64,000 bases of DNA from Candidatus Omnitrophota bacterium (GCA_022711395.1 JAKLFA010000002.1:451864-515863); one strand, 5' to 3'. Shown: positions 15,267-30,008, numbered from the stretch's first letter. Notes: a model not told the origin generated them from the sequence alone. Numbers and translations: made by a program.

Positions 15267-17372
15267 TTAACCCGCTTCCACATTTTCCAAAAATCCCGGA
15301 AAACGCTCCGCAATGACCGCCTTCAGCCCCGCGTTCTGCGGCTCGATCAAATGAAGGTCCTTATGGACCGTCTCTTCCGCCTCTTTGCGGGCCAATTCCA
15401 AAATATCGATCTGACGCATGGGATCGGAAAACCGCAACTCGTTCAGCCCGTGTTGATGACGCCCAAAATATTGCCCCGGCCCGCGGATCTCAAGGTCTTT
15501 CTGGGCGATCTCAAATCCGTTACGGGTCGAGACGATCGCCTCCAGCCGTGAAAGCCCGCTTTCCGTGGTAGGGTCCGCGATCAAAAAGCACACACCGTTT
15601 TTCCCGCCGCGGCCGATCCGCCCCCGCAGTTGATGAAGCTGCGAAAGCCCGAACCGCTCCGCGTGTTCAATGACCATCACATTCGCATTGGGGACATCGA
15701 TCCCGACCTCAAGCACGGTCGTTGCCACAAGAAGATCCAGCTCATGCCTTTTAAATTTACTCATCACATTTTCCGCTTCAGAATTCTTCATCTGGCCGTG
15801 CACCAGCCCGATACGGAACTCTTTAAAAATCTTCGTGCGGAACTCTTTATACATCGTCTCAGCCGCTTTAAGGTCCAGAGCTTCCGATTCTTCGACCAAG
15901 GGATAAATAATATAGGCCTGTTCCCCCTGTCTTAAGATCTCCTTGACCTTCCCGTAAACCCCTTGCGCCTCATCCATTGGAAAGACCAGGGTCTCGACAT
16001 CACCACGGCCCGGAGGCAGTTCATCGATCACCGAAACATCCAGGTCCCCGAAAAGCGTCAAGCTCAACGTCCGGGGGATCGGTGTCGCCGTCATGACCAA
16101 AACATCAGGGCATTGCCCTTTGGAAGACAAAAGCGCGCGCTGCCTGACACCGAATTTATGCTGTTCATCGATCACCGCAAAACTTAGGCGTGGGATCGTC
16201 ACGCCTTCGCTTAAAAGCGCGTGCGTTCCGATGACCAGGTCGATCTCTCCCCTGGCCAACTGTGACGAAACCCGCTCATGTTCGGCCTTGGGCATGCTTC
16301 CGACCAGCAGGTTCACGCGCATCGAGCTTAACGGTCCGTCTGCGATCATGCGCTGGATGCTCTCAAAATGCTGCCTGGCCAAAACTTCGGTCGGCGCCAT
16401 GACGGCCGCCTGCCGGCCGTTGCGGAAGGCAGTGACGCATCCGAATAACGCCACCACGGTTTTTCCCGAGCCCACGTCCCCCTGAAGCAACCGAAGCATG
16501 GGAGAAGTCTTTTGCATATCTGCCGAGATCTCATGAATAACCCGCCTCTGAGCCGCTGTCAGCGTAAAAGGAAGCTGTTCCTTAAACTCCTCCACCATCT
16601 GGCCCGAAACCGCATGCTCAACACCCGGCCTGCGCACAATGCTCATGCGCCGGCAAATGACCGAGATCTGAAAAAGAAAAAATTCCTCAAACGACATCCG
16701 GCGCAGCGCCTCTTCCTGTTCCTGCGCGTTTTCCGGAAAATGCAGATTCTGAATACTCCGACGGATATTGGGAAGCCGGTGTTTGTTGCGCAGCCATACC
16801 GGCAAAACATCCTCCAGCTCATCCAAATACTCATCCAGCCCTGCCGCGATGATCTTGCGCAGATATCGCTGCGTCATCCCTCGCGTCAAAGGATAGATCG
16901 GCACGATCCGCCCCATATTCAGCTTCTCATCGCCCCGGTCAATGATCTCATATTCGGGAGAGATCATCTGCAGACGGTTCTTGTAAACCTCCGCTTTCCC
17001 GTAGAGAACCACGCGGCTGCCGACCTTAAAATAATGGGCCAGATACGGCTGGTTAAACCAGACCGCCGTGATCTGCCCTGAACCGTCCGTGACCACGATT
17101 TCATGAACATGCTTTCGTTTATAATAGCTCCGACGGGCGGATTGACGCAGGACATCACCTGCGACAACCTGACATTCCCCAGCGCGAACATTTTTGAGCT
17201 CTACCATGCGGCTGCGGTCTTCATAGCGCCGGGGGAACAGATAGAACAGGTCCTCTATGTTGTCCACGCCAAGATTACCGAACAGAATTTTCCGCTTGGG
17301 GCCAACGCCTTTAATATACTGGATCGAAGTATTGGCGAGCTTATTCATAATTGAAGACGCAGGGAAGGTCAA
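15267..17372 (-). CDS. recG: ATP-dependent DNA helicase RecG
   Basis: Wedge domain, Walker A 'GDVGSGKTVVAL', DEQH box 'VIDEQHKFGV', helicase C motifs. Length 701 aa. Confidence 0.9.
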   Translation of the reverse strand: MTFPASSIMNKLANTSIQYIKGVGPKRKILFGNLGVDNIEDLFYLFPRRYEDRSRMVELKNVRAGECQVVAGDVLRQSARRSYYKRKHVHEIVVTDGSGQITAVWFNQPYLAHYFKVGSRVVLYGKAEVYKNRLQMISPEYEIIDRGDEKLNMGRIVPIYPLTRGMTQRYLRKIIAAGLDEYLDELEDVLPVWLRNKHRLPNIRRSIQNLHFPENAQEQEEALRRMSFEEFFLFQISVICRRMSIVRRPGVEHAVSGQMVEEFKEQLPFTLTAAQRRVIHEISADMQKTSPMLRLLQGDVGSGKTVVALFGCVTAFRNGRQAAVMAPTEVLARQHFESIQRMIADGPLSSMRVNLLVGSMPKAEHERVSSQLARGEIDLVIGTHALLSEGVTIPRLSFAVIDEQHKFGVRQRALLSSKGQCPDVLVMTATPIPRTLSLTLFGDLDVSVIDELPPGRGDVETLVFPMDEAQGVYGKVKEILRQGEQAYIIYPLVEESEALDLKAAETMYKEFRTKIFKEFRIGLVHGQMKNSEAENVMSKFKRHELDLLVATTVLEVGIDVPNANVMVIEHAERFGLSQLHQLRGRIGRGGKNGVCFLIADPTTESGLSRLEAIVSTRNGFEIAQKDLEIRGPGQYFGRHQHGLNELRFSDPMRQIDILELARKEAEETVHKDLHLIEPQNAGLKAVIAERFPGFLENVEAG

Positions 17373-17764
17373 TACCGTAACTGGCTGATCTTTTTTTCGA
17401 CCGCCCTGCGGTAAACGGGGCCGAAGATCGTTTCCAGATCATAAACACCGCGAAAATCATCCAGAGAATCGTCTTCGGTCTTGCTCAGGATCTTCTTCTG
17501 AACCAAATTGAAGACAATGTTACCGAAATCCTCGGTCGATTTGATCCCCCAGTATTGCAGGACCGAAAGCGCCATGGGGCCGAAACGCTCCATCAAAAGC
17601 ACTTTGACCCCCTCCAGGAGCTCTTTTCCTGTGACATGTTTCTTGCGCCGGAACTTATATTGCGTGAAGGAAAGCGCCTCCAGGACAAATTCATAGGCGT
17701 CCTCATGATAGCGCGGGTCTTCCAGGCAGAGAGTCTCGATCAAAGTATCCAAATGCTGTTTCAT
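17369..17764 (-). CDS. Hypothetical protein (131 aa, soluble)
   Basis: Complete ORF. 4-nt overlap with the recG start suggests translational coupling. No recognisable motifs. Confidence 0.5.
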   Translation of the reverse strand: MKQHLDTLIETLCLEDPRYHEDAYEFVLEALSFTQYKFRRKKHVTGKELLEGVKVLLMERFGPMALSVLQYWGIKSTEDFGNIVFNLVQKKILSKTEDDSLDDFRGVYDLETIFGPVYRRAVEKKISQLRY

Positions 17765-17896
17765 GGTTTTATTTTAACACAACGGGTTTTCAAAAAAAGA
17801 AGAAAGAGGAAATTTCTTAATATGCCCCTCTGTTGGTCCTCATCCAGTTTTGGTTTTCGCCGTTTACATTCTTAATCTTTTTGTCATAATATTTTC

Positions 17897-18349
17897 ATGA
17901 ATATCCACCCCAAAAACCACTGGATCTGGATCACCTACCTCGTTTTCTACACGTTCTACATGACCCAGATCACACAAGAATTCTTTGTCGCGGATTCCGC
18001 CATGCGCCATTATTATATTTTTTTAGTCCTTTTCGACCGCTATTATCTGATTCCACTGTTCATGAACGCCCTGATGATCATCATGAACATCCTTTCGATC
18101 ATCCCGGTATACTGCTACATCTTTAAACGAAAGTTTTTATCGGAAAACTTTTGGAAGCTTTTTCTTGTGATCCGGATCTGCGCGGAACTGAACGGCCACC
18201 ATTATGAATCAAAGGTCGTGCAAGCCTTTTGGTTCGACGACCCATTTGTCAGCTTTTCGATCGTTTTGATGGGGCTATGCTGGATGGCGCCTTCCTACCT
18301 CGTGCTCTATATTTACGCTTTCAAGCGCTCGAAAGCCCTGGGTCATTAG
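17897..18349 (+). CDS. Hypothetical small membrane protein (about 4 TM)
   Basis: Only convincing plus-strand gene in the 17-64 kb region. Hydrophobic helices. Convergent 4-nt overlap with the RND gene. AT-rich. Confidence 0.45.
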   Translation: MNIHPKNHWIWITYLVFYTFYMTQITQEFFVADSAMRHYYIFLVLFDRYYLIPLFMNALMIIMNILSIIPVYCYIFKRKFLSENFWKLFLVIRICAELNGHHYESKVVQAFWFDDPFVSFSIVLMGLCWMAPSYLVLYIYAFKRSKALGH

Positions 18350-21300
18350 ATCTCGGGGGCGTCTTGAGAGACCTTCACAGTGCCCCGATGGAAAAATTTC
18401 ATCCAAATATCATCGATGATGGCATAAATACAAGGAATGGCAATGAGCGTCAGCCCAGTGGCAAAAAGCAGACCCCAAAAGATCGCCAGGGCCATGGGCT
18501 TTAAAAATGGATCCCCGCCTCCGATTCCATAAGCCACGGATACAAGTCCAGCAAGCGTTGTGATGGTTGTCATCAAAACAGGACGCAAGCGCATCCGTCC
18601 GGCATCGATCAGAGACGCCCGTCTGCTATGCCCGCTCTGACGGAGCTTATTGACAAAATCCATGAGAACGATCGAATCATTGACCACGATCCCGGTTAAG
18701 CCGACCACTCCCATCAGGGCAAAAAAGCTCAAAGGCCTGCCATGAGCTAGAAAGGCCAAAATAACACCGATGATCCCGAACGGAATAGCCATCATGACCA
18801 CGAACGGCTGAACAATAGAATTGAACACGGCGGCAAGAATGATAAAAATCAAAAACATCGCGACCAAAAATGACCCCTGCAAATTGCCCTTGGTTACCTG
18901 CTGCTCCTCATATTCGCCGCTGTATTTTACCGTGTAACCCGGGTATTGCGCGGGAATTTCTTTAAACTCTTTTTGGAGCTGATTATTGACCCCATAAGAC
19001 GTTGCTTTTTTTTCATCAACCTGTGCGGTCACATAGACCACGCGCTTTCCGTCCAAATGATTGATCTTAAAAACCCCATCATACTCATCGACCTGAGCTA
19101 CAGCAGACAGCGGAACAAGATTTCCTTTTGAATTAGGAACCAGGATCTTGGAGAACGCATCCATACTGCGGCGGCTCTCCTCCGGAAAACGCACCCGCAC
19201 CGTGATCTCTTCTTCCGCTTTGACCGGCTTGATCGTCGTGGCAACGCCACCGTCTAAGGCATTGCGCACGCTCTCGGCGATCTGGCCGACCGTCAAATAA
19301 TATTTCTGCGCCTTTGCCTCATCAATATTGACCTTCAATTGCTTTTTGCCGACTTCATGGCCAAGAAGAACGTCCGAGACCCCGTCGATTCCTTTCAATG
19401 CGTTAATGAACTTTTGCGCGATCTGCTCCAGGGTGAAAAAATCATCCCCTTTGATCCCGATCTCGATCGGCTTTCCGACAGGCGGCCCTTCTTTACTGGT
19501 ATGAAAATAAAGCTTGTCAAAACCCTGGATCTTTTCCAACTCGGGACGCAGGCTGGCAACGATCTCCTGAGGGGTTCTCTTGCGGGACTGGGCAGGGGTC
19601 AAAAAAACCGTGATCTGCGCCAAATGGGTTCCTTTTTTCGAATGGGGGTCAAAACCGCGGTCCTCTGCGATCAAGCCCAGATCCGTAACATAAGAATCCA
19701 GCTCAGAATCCGGCAACGTTTCGATCAAGGCCTCCACTGGACGTATCCGCTCATCCATGGCGGTCAACGGCGTGCCCTTAACAGCCTCGGCTCTCACCTG
19801 AAATTCCTCGATCCCCTCACCGGTGAAAAGGACCATTTTCATGTGGGTCGCCGCGATAAAAAGAGAAAAAAACAAAAGTCCGATCAGACCTATGAACACA
19901 AAATAACGGTGATCAAGGGCCTTATTGAGGGTTCCGGCGTACGCCTCAACAAGCCATTTATACCACTTTCGGTCTTTATGAACATCGTCCTTATGTGTGT
20001 CTTTAAATTTTTTTGTGCGGATAAAATCCGATAAATGGGACGGCAGAATAATGAACGCTTCCAACAAAGACGCAAACAACGCGATTATGACGACAACCGG
20101 AATATACCGAACGAATTTTCCCATGATATCCGGCATGAACATCAAGGGAGCGAACGCCGCGCAGGTCGTCAGGATCGTGCCTGTAACAGGCGCGATCACC
20201 TCCGTCGTCCCCCTTACAGCCGCTTCCTTGGGTGACATCCCTTCTTCAATATAGCGATATACGTTTTCGGAAACAACGATCCCATCATCCACCAGCATAC
20301 CCAGAACAATGATCAGACCCAGCATCGTTACCAGATTGATGCTTAATCCCATCCATTGCATCACAATGAATGTCGAAAAAAGCGCGACTGGCACTCCCAA
20401 TGCCGTCATCAAAGCTGGGATCGGGTCCAAAAAAAGGAACAGAACAACAATGACCAGAACAAGACCGATGATCCCGTTGTTCTTCAAAACTCCCAGGCGG
20501 CGCTTTACGTAATAGGACATGTCATCGGTCACCTCAATGTCCATACCTTGTGGAAGGGTCTTTTTAAACTCTTCAATTGTCTTTTGGATCTCAGCAACAA
20601 TCGCAATAATGTCTCCGGAATCGTTTTTCACGACGATCATAGAGACCGCTTTTTTACCGTTCAATTTCGAGATCTCATCCGGGTCTTCAAACGTGGAAAC
20701 AACCCGGCCGATGTCCCGAACGCGCAACCAGTTTCCAGCGTCATTGGCGCGAATGATGACCTCTTCCACTTCCTGCGGCTGGGTGAACTCTCCTGTGATC
20801 CGCACGTTAAATTCAGTCTGACGGGTATCCAACTGACCGGCGGGGATCGTGACATTGCGTTTTCCTAACGCAGCCATCACCTCTTCCAACGAAACATGAT
20901 ATTCACTAAGTTTGGACGGGTCAACTTCAACCCAGAACTCCGGATCCCGCCAAGCCACCCTTCGCACCGACCCTACTCCTTTAATATCAAGGATCAGATC
21001 TTCCAGATGCTCGGCGTACTGGCGCTTCACATGCTCAGAGAAATCTCCGCTCAGCGTGATCTGAAGGACCGGGAATTCATCAGCCGACAGCTCAACCACA
21101 AGCGGATCATCTTTCACTTCCTGGGGCAAATCCCTAACCCGGTCTACCGCGTCCTTTATATCGTCAACGACTTTCCTTTTATTGGAAACGTTCGGATCGA
21201 TCTCGATCCCGATCTTGGAAAGCCCCTCTTCTGAAGAAGACGACATCTCCTTGACCCCGCTGATCCCACGCAACTCTTTTTCGATCGGAGTGGTCACGAA

Positions 21301-21483
21301 TTTCTCAACATCCTCTGCTGGCGCGCCAGGATAAACGGTCGTGACCGTCACTTCATCGAATTGGATCGGAGGAAACGCCTCCCTCTTTAATCTGAACATT
21401 GTAAAAAATCCGACCACAATGATAAAAATCGAAAGCAGGTTGACGAGTAAGGAATTTTTAACTGAAAATTCAGCCAGTTTCAT
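18346..21483 (-). CDS. RND-superfamily efflux permease (AcrB/CzcA-like), 1045 aa
   Basis: 12-TM topology with two large periplasmic loops. N-terminus 'MKLAEFSVKNSLLVNLLSIFIIVVG...' is typical of the ACR_tran family. Confidence 0.85.
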   Translation of the reverse strand: MKLAEFSVKNSLLVNLLSIFIIVVGFFTMFRLKREAFPPIQFDEVTVTTVYPGAPAEDVEKFVTTPIEKELRGISGVKEMSSSSEEGLSKIGIEIDPNVSNKRKVVDDIKDAVDRVRDLPQEVKDDPLVVELSADEFPVLQITLSGDFSEHVKRQYAEHLEDLILDIKGVGSVRRVAWRDPEFWVEVDPSKLSEYHVSLEEVMAALGKRNVTIPAGQLDTRQTEFNVRITGEFTQPQEVEEVIIRANDAGNWLRVRDIGRVVSTFEDPDEISKLNGKKAVSMIVVKNDSGDIIAIVAEIQKTIEEFKKTLPQGMDIEVTDDMSYYVKRRLGVLKNNGIIGLVLVIVVLFLFLDPIPALMTALGVPVALFSTFIVMQWMGLSINLVTMLGLIIVLGMLVDDGIVVSENVYRYIEEGMSPKEAAVRGTTEVIAPVTGTILTTCAAFAPLMFMPDIMGKFVRYIPVVVIIALFASLLEAFIILPSHLSDFIRTKKFKDTHKDDVHKDRKWYKWLVEAYAGTLNKALDHRYFVFIGLIGLLFFSLFIAATHMKMVLFTGEGIEEFQVRAEAVKGTPLTAMDERIRPVEALIETLPDSELDSYVTDLGLIAEDRGFDPHSKKGTHLAQITVFLTPAQSRKRTPQEIVASLRPELEKIQGFDKLYFHTSKEGPPVGKPIEIGIKGDDFFTLEQIAQKFINALKGIDGVSDVLLGHEVGKKQLKVNIDEAKAQKYYLTVGQIAESVRNALDGGVATTIKPVKAEEEITVRVRFPEESRRSMDAFSKILVPNSKGNLVPLSAVAQVDEYDGVFKINHLDGKRVVYVTAQVDEKKATSYGVNNQLQKEFKEIPAQYPGYTVKYSGEYEEQQVTKGNLQGSFLVAMFLIFIILAAVFNSIVQPFVVMMAIPFGIIGVILAFLAHGRPLSFFALMGVVGLTGIVVNDSIVLMDFVNKLRQSGHSRRASLIDAGRMRLRPVLMTTITTLAGLVSVAYGIGGGDPFLKPMALAIFWGLLFATGLTLIAIPCIYAIIDDIWMKFFHRGTVKVSQDAPEI

Positions 21484-21519
21484 ATGATGGGTTCCGAATG
21501 CATATTGAAGGCATCCGGC

Positions 21520-23061
21520 CTATTGCCGTTGTTCGATTTTTCCATCCCAGTAAGAACTTAAAAGGACCCCTTCCGAGCGCCTCAAATCAATCCGTGCCGA
21601 ATAATATGCGAACTTTGCCTGAGCGGCGAGCCAGCGCGCCTGGATCGCATCTTCCTGAAAACGGATCACCGTGTTTGTATCCGACCGGCCGGCATTAAAA
21701 CGTTTCATTTCTGCTTCGAGTTTCTGACTCTGGAGATCCGCGACCTTGACCTGATTCATCGCCACATCACGCAGAACATTACAGTTTCTCACCCGGTCGA
21801 TCACATCAACCATGACCCTGCGTTCCAGAGATTTCATTGCCAGGATCGCCTGCCTTTTTTTTAGTTCTGCTGACCGTCGCTGGGCCCTCTCTTTTGTGTT
21901 TTCCAAGGGCATCTTTAAACTCACCCCGATCCAATAATCAGGATTATCCTCATCACTGATGTCCTGGGTGCCGTCTTTAAATGACCCCCCGTCAATACCG
22001 TTTCGGGCATAACTTGCCTCAAGATCGATCTGCGGCCAAAGATTATTTGTGTTGAGTGAAAGCTCGATCTTACGCGCCTCGATCATTTTTTTTGCTTGCT
22101 GATAATCATACCGATTGGAAAACGCCTTTTCTAGAGACGGGGTCTCTTCTTCTACGGGCTGCTGGTCAACATTAAACCCCTCTGAAGGAATGACCCGCAC
22201 GGAAACTTGCTCAAGATTCAGCAGAAGCTCCAATGTGCTTTCCTTGGTCGCCAAAATATTCCCGGCTTGCATAACGGCATTGGCCCTCAAGTGATAATTT
22301 GCTTCGGAGTCCAACAATTCCGGCTTCTCAATGAGCCCATCCCGGAACTTTTCGCTATTCAGATCATAAAGTCTCTTTGCCTGTTGGAACATGTCTTCCT
22401 CGATGGAAACCCTCTCATGCTGAAGGACCAAATCCCAGTAAACTTTTTGAACATCCGTGATCAAACCTTCAATCTTATCCATCGACGTGAATTCCGCGTT
22501 CTCAATCTCCAGCCTAGTGATCTTGATCTTCCCGCGGTCCTGTAGTCCAAAAAAATTCTTTCCTAGCTCCTGGGTCAACGCTATTTCAGCCGTTGAATCA
22601 TAGTACGGGCTTGTTATGTTCGATGAGCTGTTACTGGACCCACGGTTGTTGGTCCAGTCCGTTTCAAGCGTTGTTCCAGAAGGAAGTTTTTTTGACAAAC
22701 CAATATTGTGATCGTTCGTGCGTGATTCTGTCGGGGCAAGGGTCGAAACACCGGCGGATTCATCACGGCGGTATTTTGTGCTCGCCTCAAGGACAGTATC
22801 ATAGATCGACTCTGCCGCAGTCTCCTGCGTGCGAGAGATCAGCGTATCATACTGAATGATCTGAACGTCAAAATTGTTGTTTAAGGCCGCTTTTGTGGCC
22901 TCCTCCAAGGACAGCAAATAGTCCACACCTGTTCCGTCTCGCGGAACTTGGAGTATTTGCGCAAATGATAACGACACGGCCATTGAAAAAAGAACCAAAA
23001 AAAATACTACTCGGCAAAACCCGCCCAAAGCTCTTATTTTTTCCAGGAAGGATTTAAACAT
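21520..23061 (-). CDS. TolC-family outer-membrane efflux protein
   Basis: Signal peptide, two OEP repeats, coiled-coil-rich. 513 aa, directly upstream of the RND gene. Confidence 0.75.
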   Translation of the reverse strand: MFKSFLEKIRALGGFCRVVFFLVLFSMAVSLSFAQILQVPRDGTGVDYLLSLEEATKAALNNNFDVQIIQYDTLISRTQETAAESIYDTVLEASTKYRRDESAGVSTLAPTESRTNDHNIGLSKKLPSGTTLETDWTNNRGSSNSSSNITSPYYDSTAEIALTQELGKNFFGLQDRGKIKITRLEIENAEFTSMDKIEGLITDVQKVYWDLVLQHERVSIEEDMFQQAKRLYDLNSEKFRDGLIEKPELLDSEANYHLRANAVMQAGNILATKESTLELLLNLEQVSVRVIPSEGFNVDQQPVEEETPSLEKAFSNRYDYQQAKKMIEARKIELSLNTNNLWPQIDLEASYARNGIDGGSFKDGTQDISDEDNPDYWIGVSLKMPLENTKERAQRRSAELKKRQAILAMKSLERRVMVDVIDRVRNCNVLRDVAMNQVKVADLQSQKLEAEMKRFNAGRSDTNTVIRFQEDAIQARWLAAQAKFAYYSARIDLRRSEGVLLSSYWDGKIEQRQ

Positions 23062-23470
23062 AGATCGAGATCTTTTTCATGCTGTTAACAAACGCCCGGG
23101 CCTCTTCTGAAGGCACATGGCTTAAAATTTCCATCCACCGCTTTTGCGCAACAGCGCGCATGCGCTTAGCCAAAGCCAGCCCCTTTGGCGTCAAGGTTGC
23201 ATAAACGACCCTTCGGTCCTTTGTGTCGTGCACGCGCTGCAGATGCCCCCCTTGCTCAAGACGTGAAACGATCCCCGTCATGGTTGGCGCTGAAACTCTC
23301 AGAAGGCATGCCAGGTCGGTGATACGGGTCTTGCCTTCCTCATAAAGCGCCAGGATCGTAAAGATCTGAGCATTCGAAAAATCGTGAGCCTGTGTCATTC
23401 TCATGACGATCGCCCGGCCGATCCGTGGACCGATCAAACTCATTTCATTTGCAATAGATTCAAGCGTCAT
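23054..23470 (-). CDS. MarR-family transcriptional regulator
   Basis: Winged-helix 'ITDLACLLRVSAPTMTGIVSRLEQGGHLQRVHDTKDRRVVYATLTPKGL'. Confidence 0.8.
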   Translation of the reverse strand: MTLESIANEMSLIGPRIGRAIVMRMTQAHDFSNAQIFTILALYEEGKTRITDLACLLRVSAPTMTGIVSRLEQGGHLQRVHDTKDRRVVYATLTPKGLALAKRMRAVAQKRWMEILSHVPSEEARAFVNSMKKISIYV

Positions 23471-23554
23471 GGCCGCCCTTATTTACTTAGCTTTGCTAAA
23501 TATTATCATAGAATGATACGATGTCAAGGAATGGGGTTAGAATACATTAAACGG

Positions 23555-24037
23555 CTATGGACATCCACAGCCGAGGGCAAGGTCGAACCCGTAACAATCC
23601 GGATCCGAGATTGAAGAAAAAGCTCCCTGACCGCACTTCATGATGTTGTTCTCAAATCCCAACAATGGCCCCGCAAAGGTTATTTCAAAAAAAATGACGC
23701 TATTAGGGTCCCCGCCATCACGAGTGTTACGGCAGGCGAAAATCCGCCAAAGCTCGGCCCCTATATTTGCCATACAATAATGAAAATGAGAATTCGGATT
23801 ATTGCTCTGGTTGTCCATACCAAGACTTTCCCAGGTAATGCAAGAATTATTGAAAACCGTTGTTTGCATTAAACACACTTCAGCCGCGCGTCGGGCGCTT
23901 GAAATCACTGCAAATGCCTCCGCAGATCTTGCAAATTCGACAGCCCGGAACAAACGCGGAAGCGCCAGAGATGCCAGAACTCCCACAATGATTATCACAA
24001 TAATAAGCTCTAAAAGTGTAAAACCTTTTGAATTCAT
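23555..24037 (-). CDS. Type IV pilin / T2SS pseudopilin-like protein (prepilin N-terminal methylation domain)
   Basis: 'KGFTLLELIIVIIIVGVLASLALP' class III signal (G|FTLLE). Start at MNSKGF (24037) rather than the track's 24082. Confidence 0.7.
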   Translation of the reverse strand: MNSKGFTLLELIIVIIIVGVLASLALPRLFRAVEFARSAEAFAVISSARRAAEVCLMQTTVFNNSCITWESLGMDNQSNNPNSHFHYCMANIGAELWRIFACRNTRDGGDPNSVIFFEITFAGPLLGFENNIMKCGQGAFSSISDPDCYGFDLALGCGCP

Positions 24038-24140
24038 AAAAACCCCCACTAAAAGAATAATCCCGCCATGATCAAAACACAATCGATTTCAAAAAACTTT
24101 TTCAATAAAAATCGCCGTCTCTTGCGCATATTCTTTTAAC

Positions 24141-24179
24141 GATAATAAAAAGGCTCCAATGATTTCTCATTGGAGCCTC
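24141..24179 (-). terminator. Rho-independent terminator of the rrn operon
   Basis: On the minus strand: AGGCTCCAATGA-gaaa-TCATTGGAGCCT hairpin followed by TTTTTATTAT, immediately 3' of the 5S rRNA. Confidence 0.6.
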
Positions 24180-24186
24180 ATATTAA

Positions 24187-24304
24187 TCCCGGCAACGTTC
24201 TACTCTCCCAAAGCCTTGCGACTTAAGTACCATCGACCTCAGCGGGCTTAACTGCCGTGTTCGGAATGGGAACGGGTGTTTCCCCGCTAGCATAATCGCC
24301 GAGA
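24187..24304 (-). rRNA. rrf: 5S ribosomal RNA
   Basis: Reverse complement contains conserved 5S segments 'CCGAACACGGCAGTTAAGCCCGCTG' and '...GGGAGAGTAGAACGTTGCCGGG'. Confidence 0.8.
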
Positions 24305-24374
24305 AAATCTAAATTTCCAGTTATGTGATAATTGATGTATGACCCGTAAGCATACTAGACATGATGTATTTATG

Positions 24375-27335
<2,961 letters not shown>

Positions 27336-27483
27336 TACTATGACTAGTAAACCTACGAAAATTGCATACACCAATTATCACATAACTGTCAAAGAACGAT
27401 TTAACGCCAAAATGGCGCAACAGGAACAGAATTCCCGTTTAAATCTATCTTGAATTTTATTGCCAAACCATAACACCTAAATT

Positions 27484-27559
27484 TGGTGGAGCTGAGGAGG
27501 ATCGAACTCCTGACCCTCTGCTTGCAAAGCAGATGCTCTCCCAGCTGAGCTACAGCCCC
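27484..27559 (-). tRNA. tRNA-Ala (anticodon UGC)
   Basis: Reverse complement GGGGCTGTAGCTCAGCTGGGAGAGCATCTGCTTTGCAAGCAGAGGGTCAGGAGTTCGATCCTCCTCAGCTCCACCA. Cloverleaf with encoded CCA. Confidence 0.9.
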
Positions 27560-27604
27560 ACATGAAAGTCACTATACACAACTTTTTGTGCTTCGTGTCT
27601 TAAA

Positions 27605-27681
27605 TGGTGGGCCCGAGAGGATTCGAACCGCTGACCCCCGCGTTATCAGCACGGTGCTCTAACCACCTGAGCTACGGGCCC
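27605..27681 (-). tRNA. tRNA-Ile (anticodon GAU)
   Basis: Reverse complement GGGCCCGTAGCTCAGGTGGTTAGAGCACCGTGCTGATAACGCGGGGGTCAGCGGTTCGAATCCTCTCGGGCCCACCA. Confidence 0.9.
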
Positions 27682-27867
27682 AAAACCCAGCAAATTCGAT
27701 CCTTCGATCTCATTAAATTTAGAAAGCCAAGCTCTTTGAAAGAGCTTTTCCTTTGACCACAAGTTCGTGTGAGAACGAACTCATTGCCGTCTTTCCCTCG
27801 GGCAGGGTTCCTAGCATCATTATGATTGCCTATTCAATGAATAGTTTCTCGAAAACGAGAAAATAGA

Positions 27868-29452
<1,585 letters not shown>

Positions 29453-29731
29453 AACTTGGCTTTGATTTCATATTTCGCTCAAAGGCGTTATGGGTTCCAA
29501 ATTGGCAATAAAATTTCAAAGATCAAATCTGGAATGGTTATCCAAAAAGGTTCACAAAGAATACCAGACTGCAATACCTTTGTCAAGTAATTTTTTAAAC
29601 CTTTTTTAAAAATTTTTTTCCAAGGTCAAAAAATCAAAAAATCAATCATCCCAACATGTTAAAACGTTATTGGGGGCGTCCTGTTTTTTGGCCTTACTCA
29701 AGGCTGGAATGAGAAAAAATACACACCCAAT

Positions 29732-29968
29732 TTATTCCATCAGGTGGTGCGATTTCAGCTCATTTTCTACCTGTTGAAGCGCCTTCTGGAGATCTTTCAA
29801 GAGAGAAACATTGATCGAAACACCCTTGGCTGTCGGAACCATCTCCTCGGAGCCCTGCGTCATCGTCCATGTGCGGATGTCAATCAAATCATTTCCCTTA
29901 TATTCCCTGATCCCAACACGCACCTCTTGAAACTTGTTCTTTTTGAACACTGACACTGTTTTATCCAT
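29732..29968 (-). CDS. PC4/YdbC-like ssDNA-binding transcriptional coactivator family protein
   Basis: 'FKKNKFQEVRVGIREYKGNDLIDIRTW' resembles the PC4 fold signature. GAGAGGAGAA SD before MDKTVSV (the track's start at 30034 is likely too long). Confidence 0.5.
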   Translation of the reverse strand: MDKTVSVFKKNKFQEVRVGIREYKGNDLIDIRTWTMTQGSEEMVPTAKGVSINVSLLKDLQKALQQVENELKSHHLME

Positions 29969-30008
29969 TTCTCCTCTCACCCCCTCACATTGAGATTCAC
30001 CCGAGCAC

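Noticed and set aside
21483-21520. Searched for a hidden membrane-fusion protein gene between the TolC-like and RND genes
   Set aside because: Only 37 nt separate them and no alternative frame encodes an adaptor. It is genuinely absent from this locus and is reported as a finding instead.
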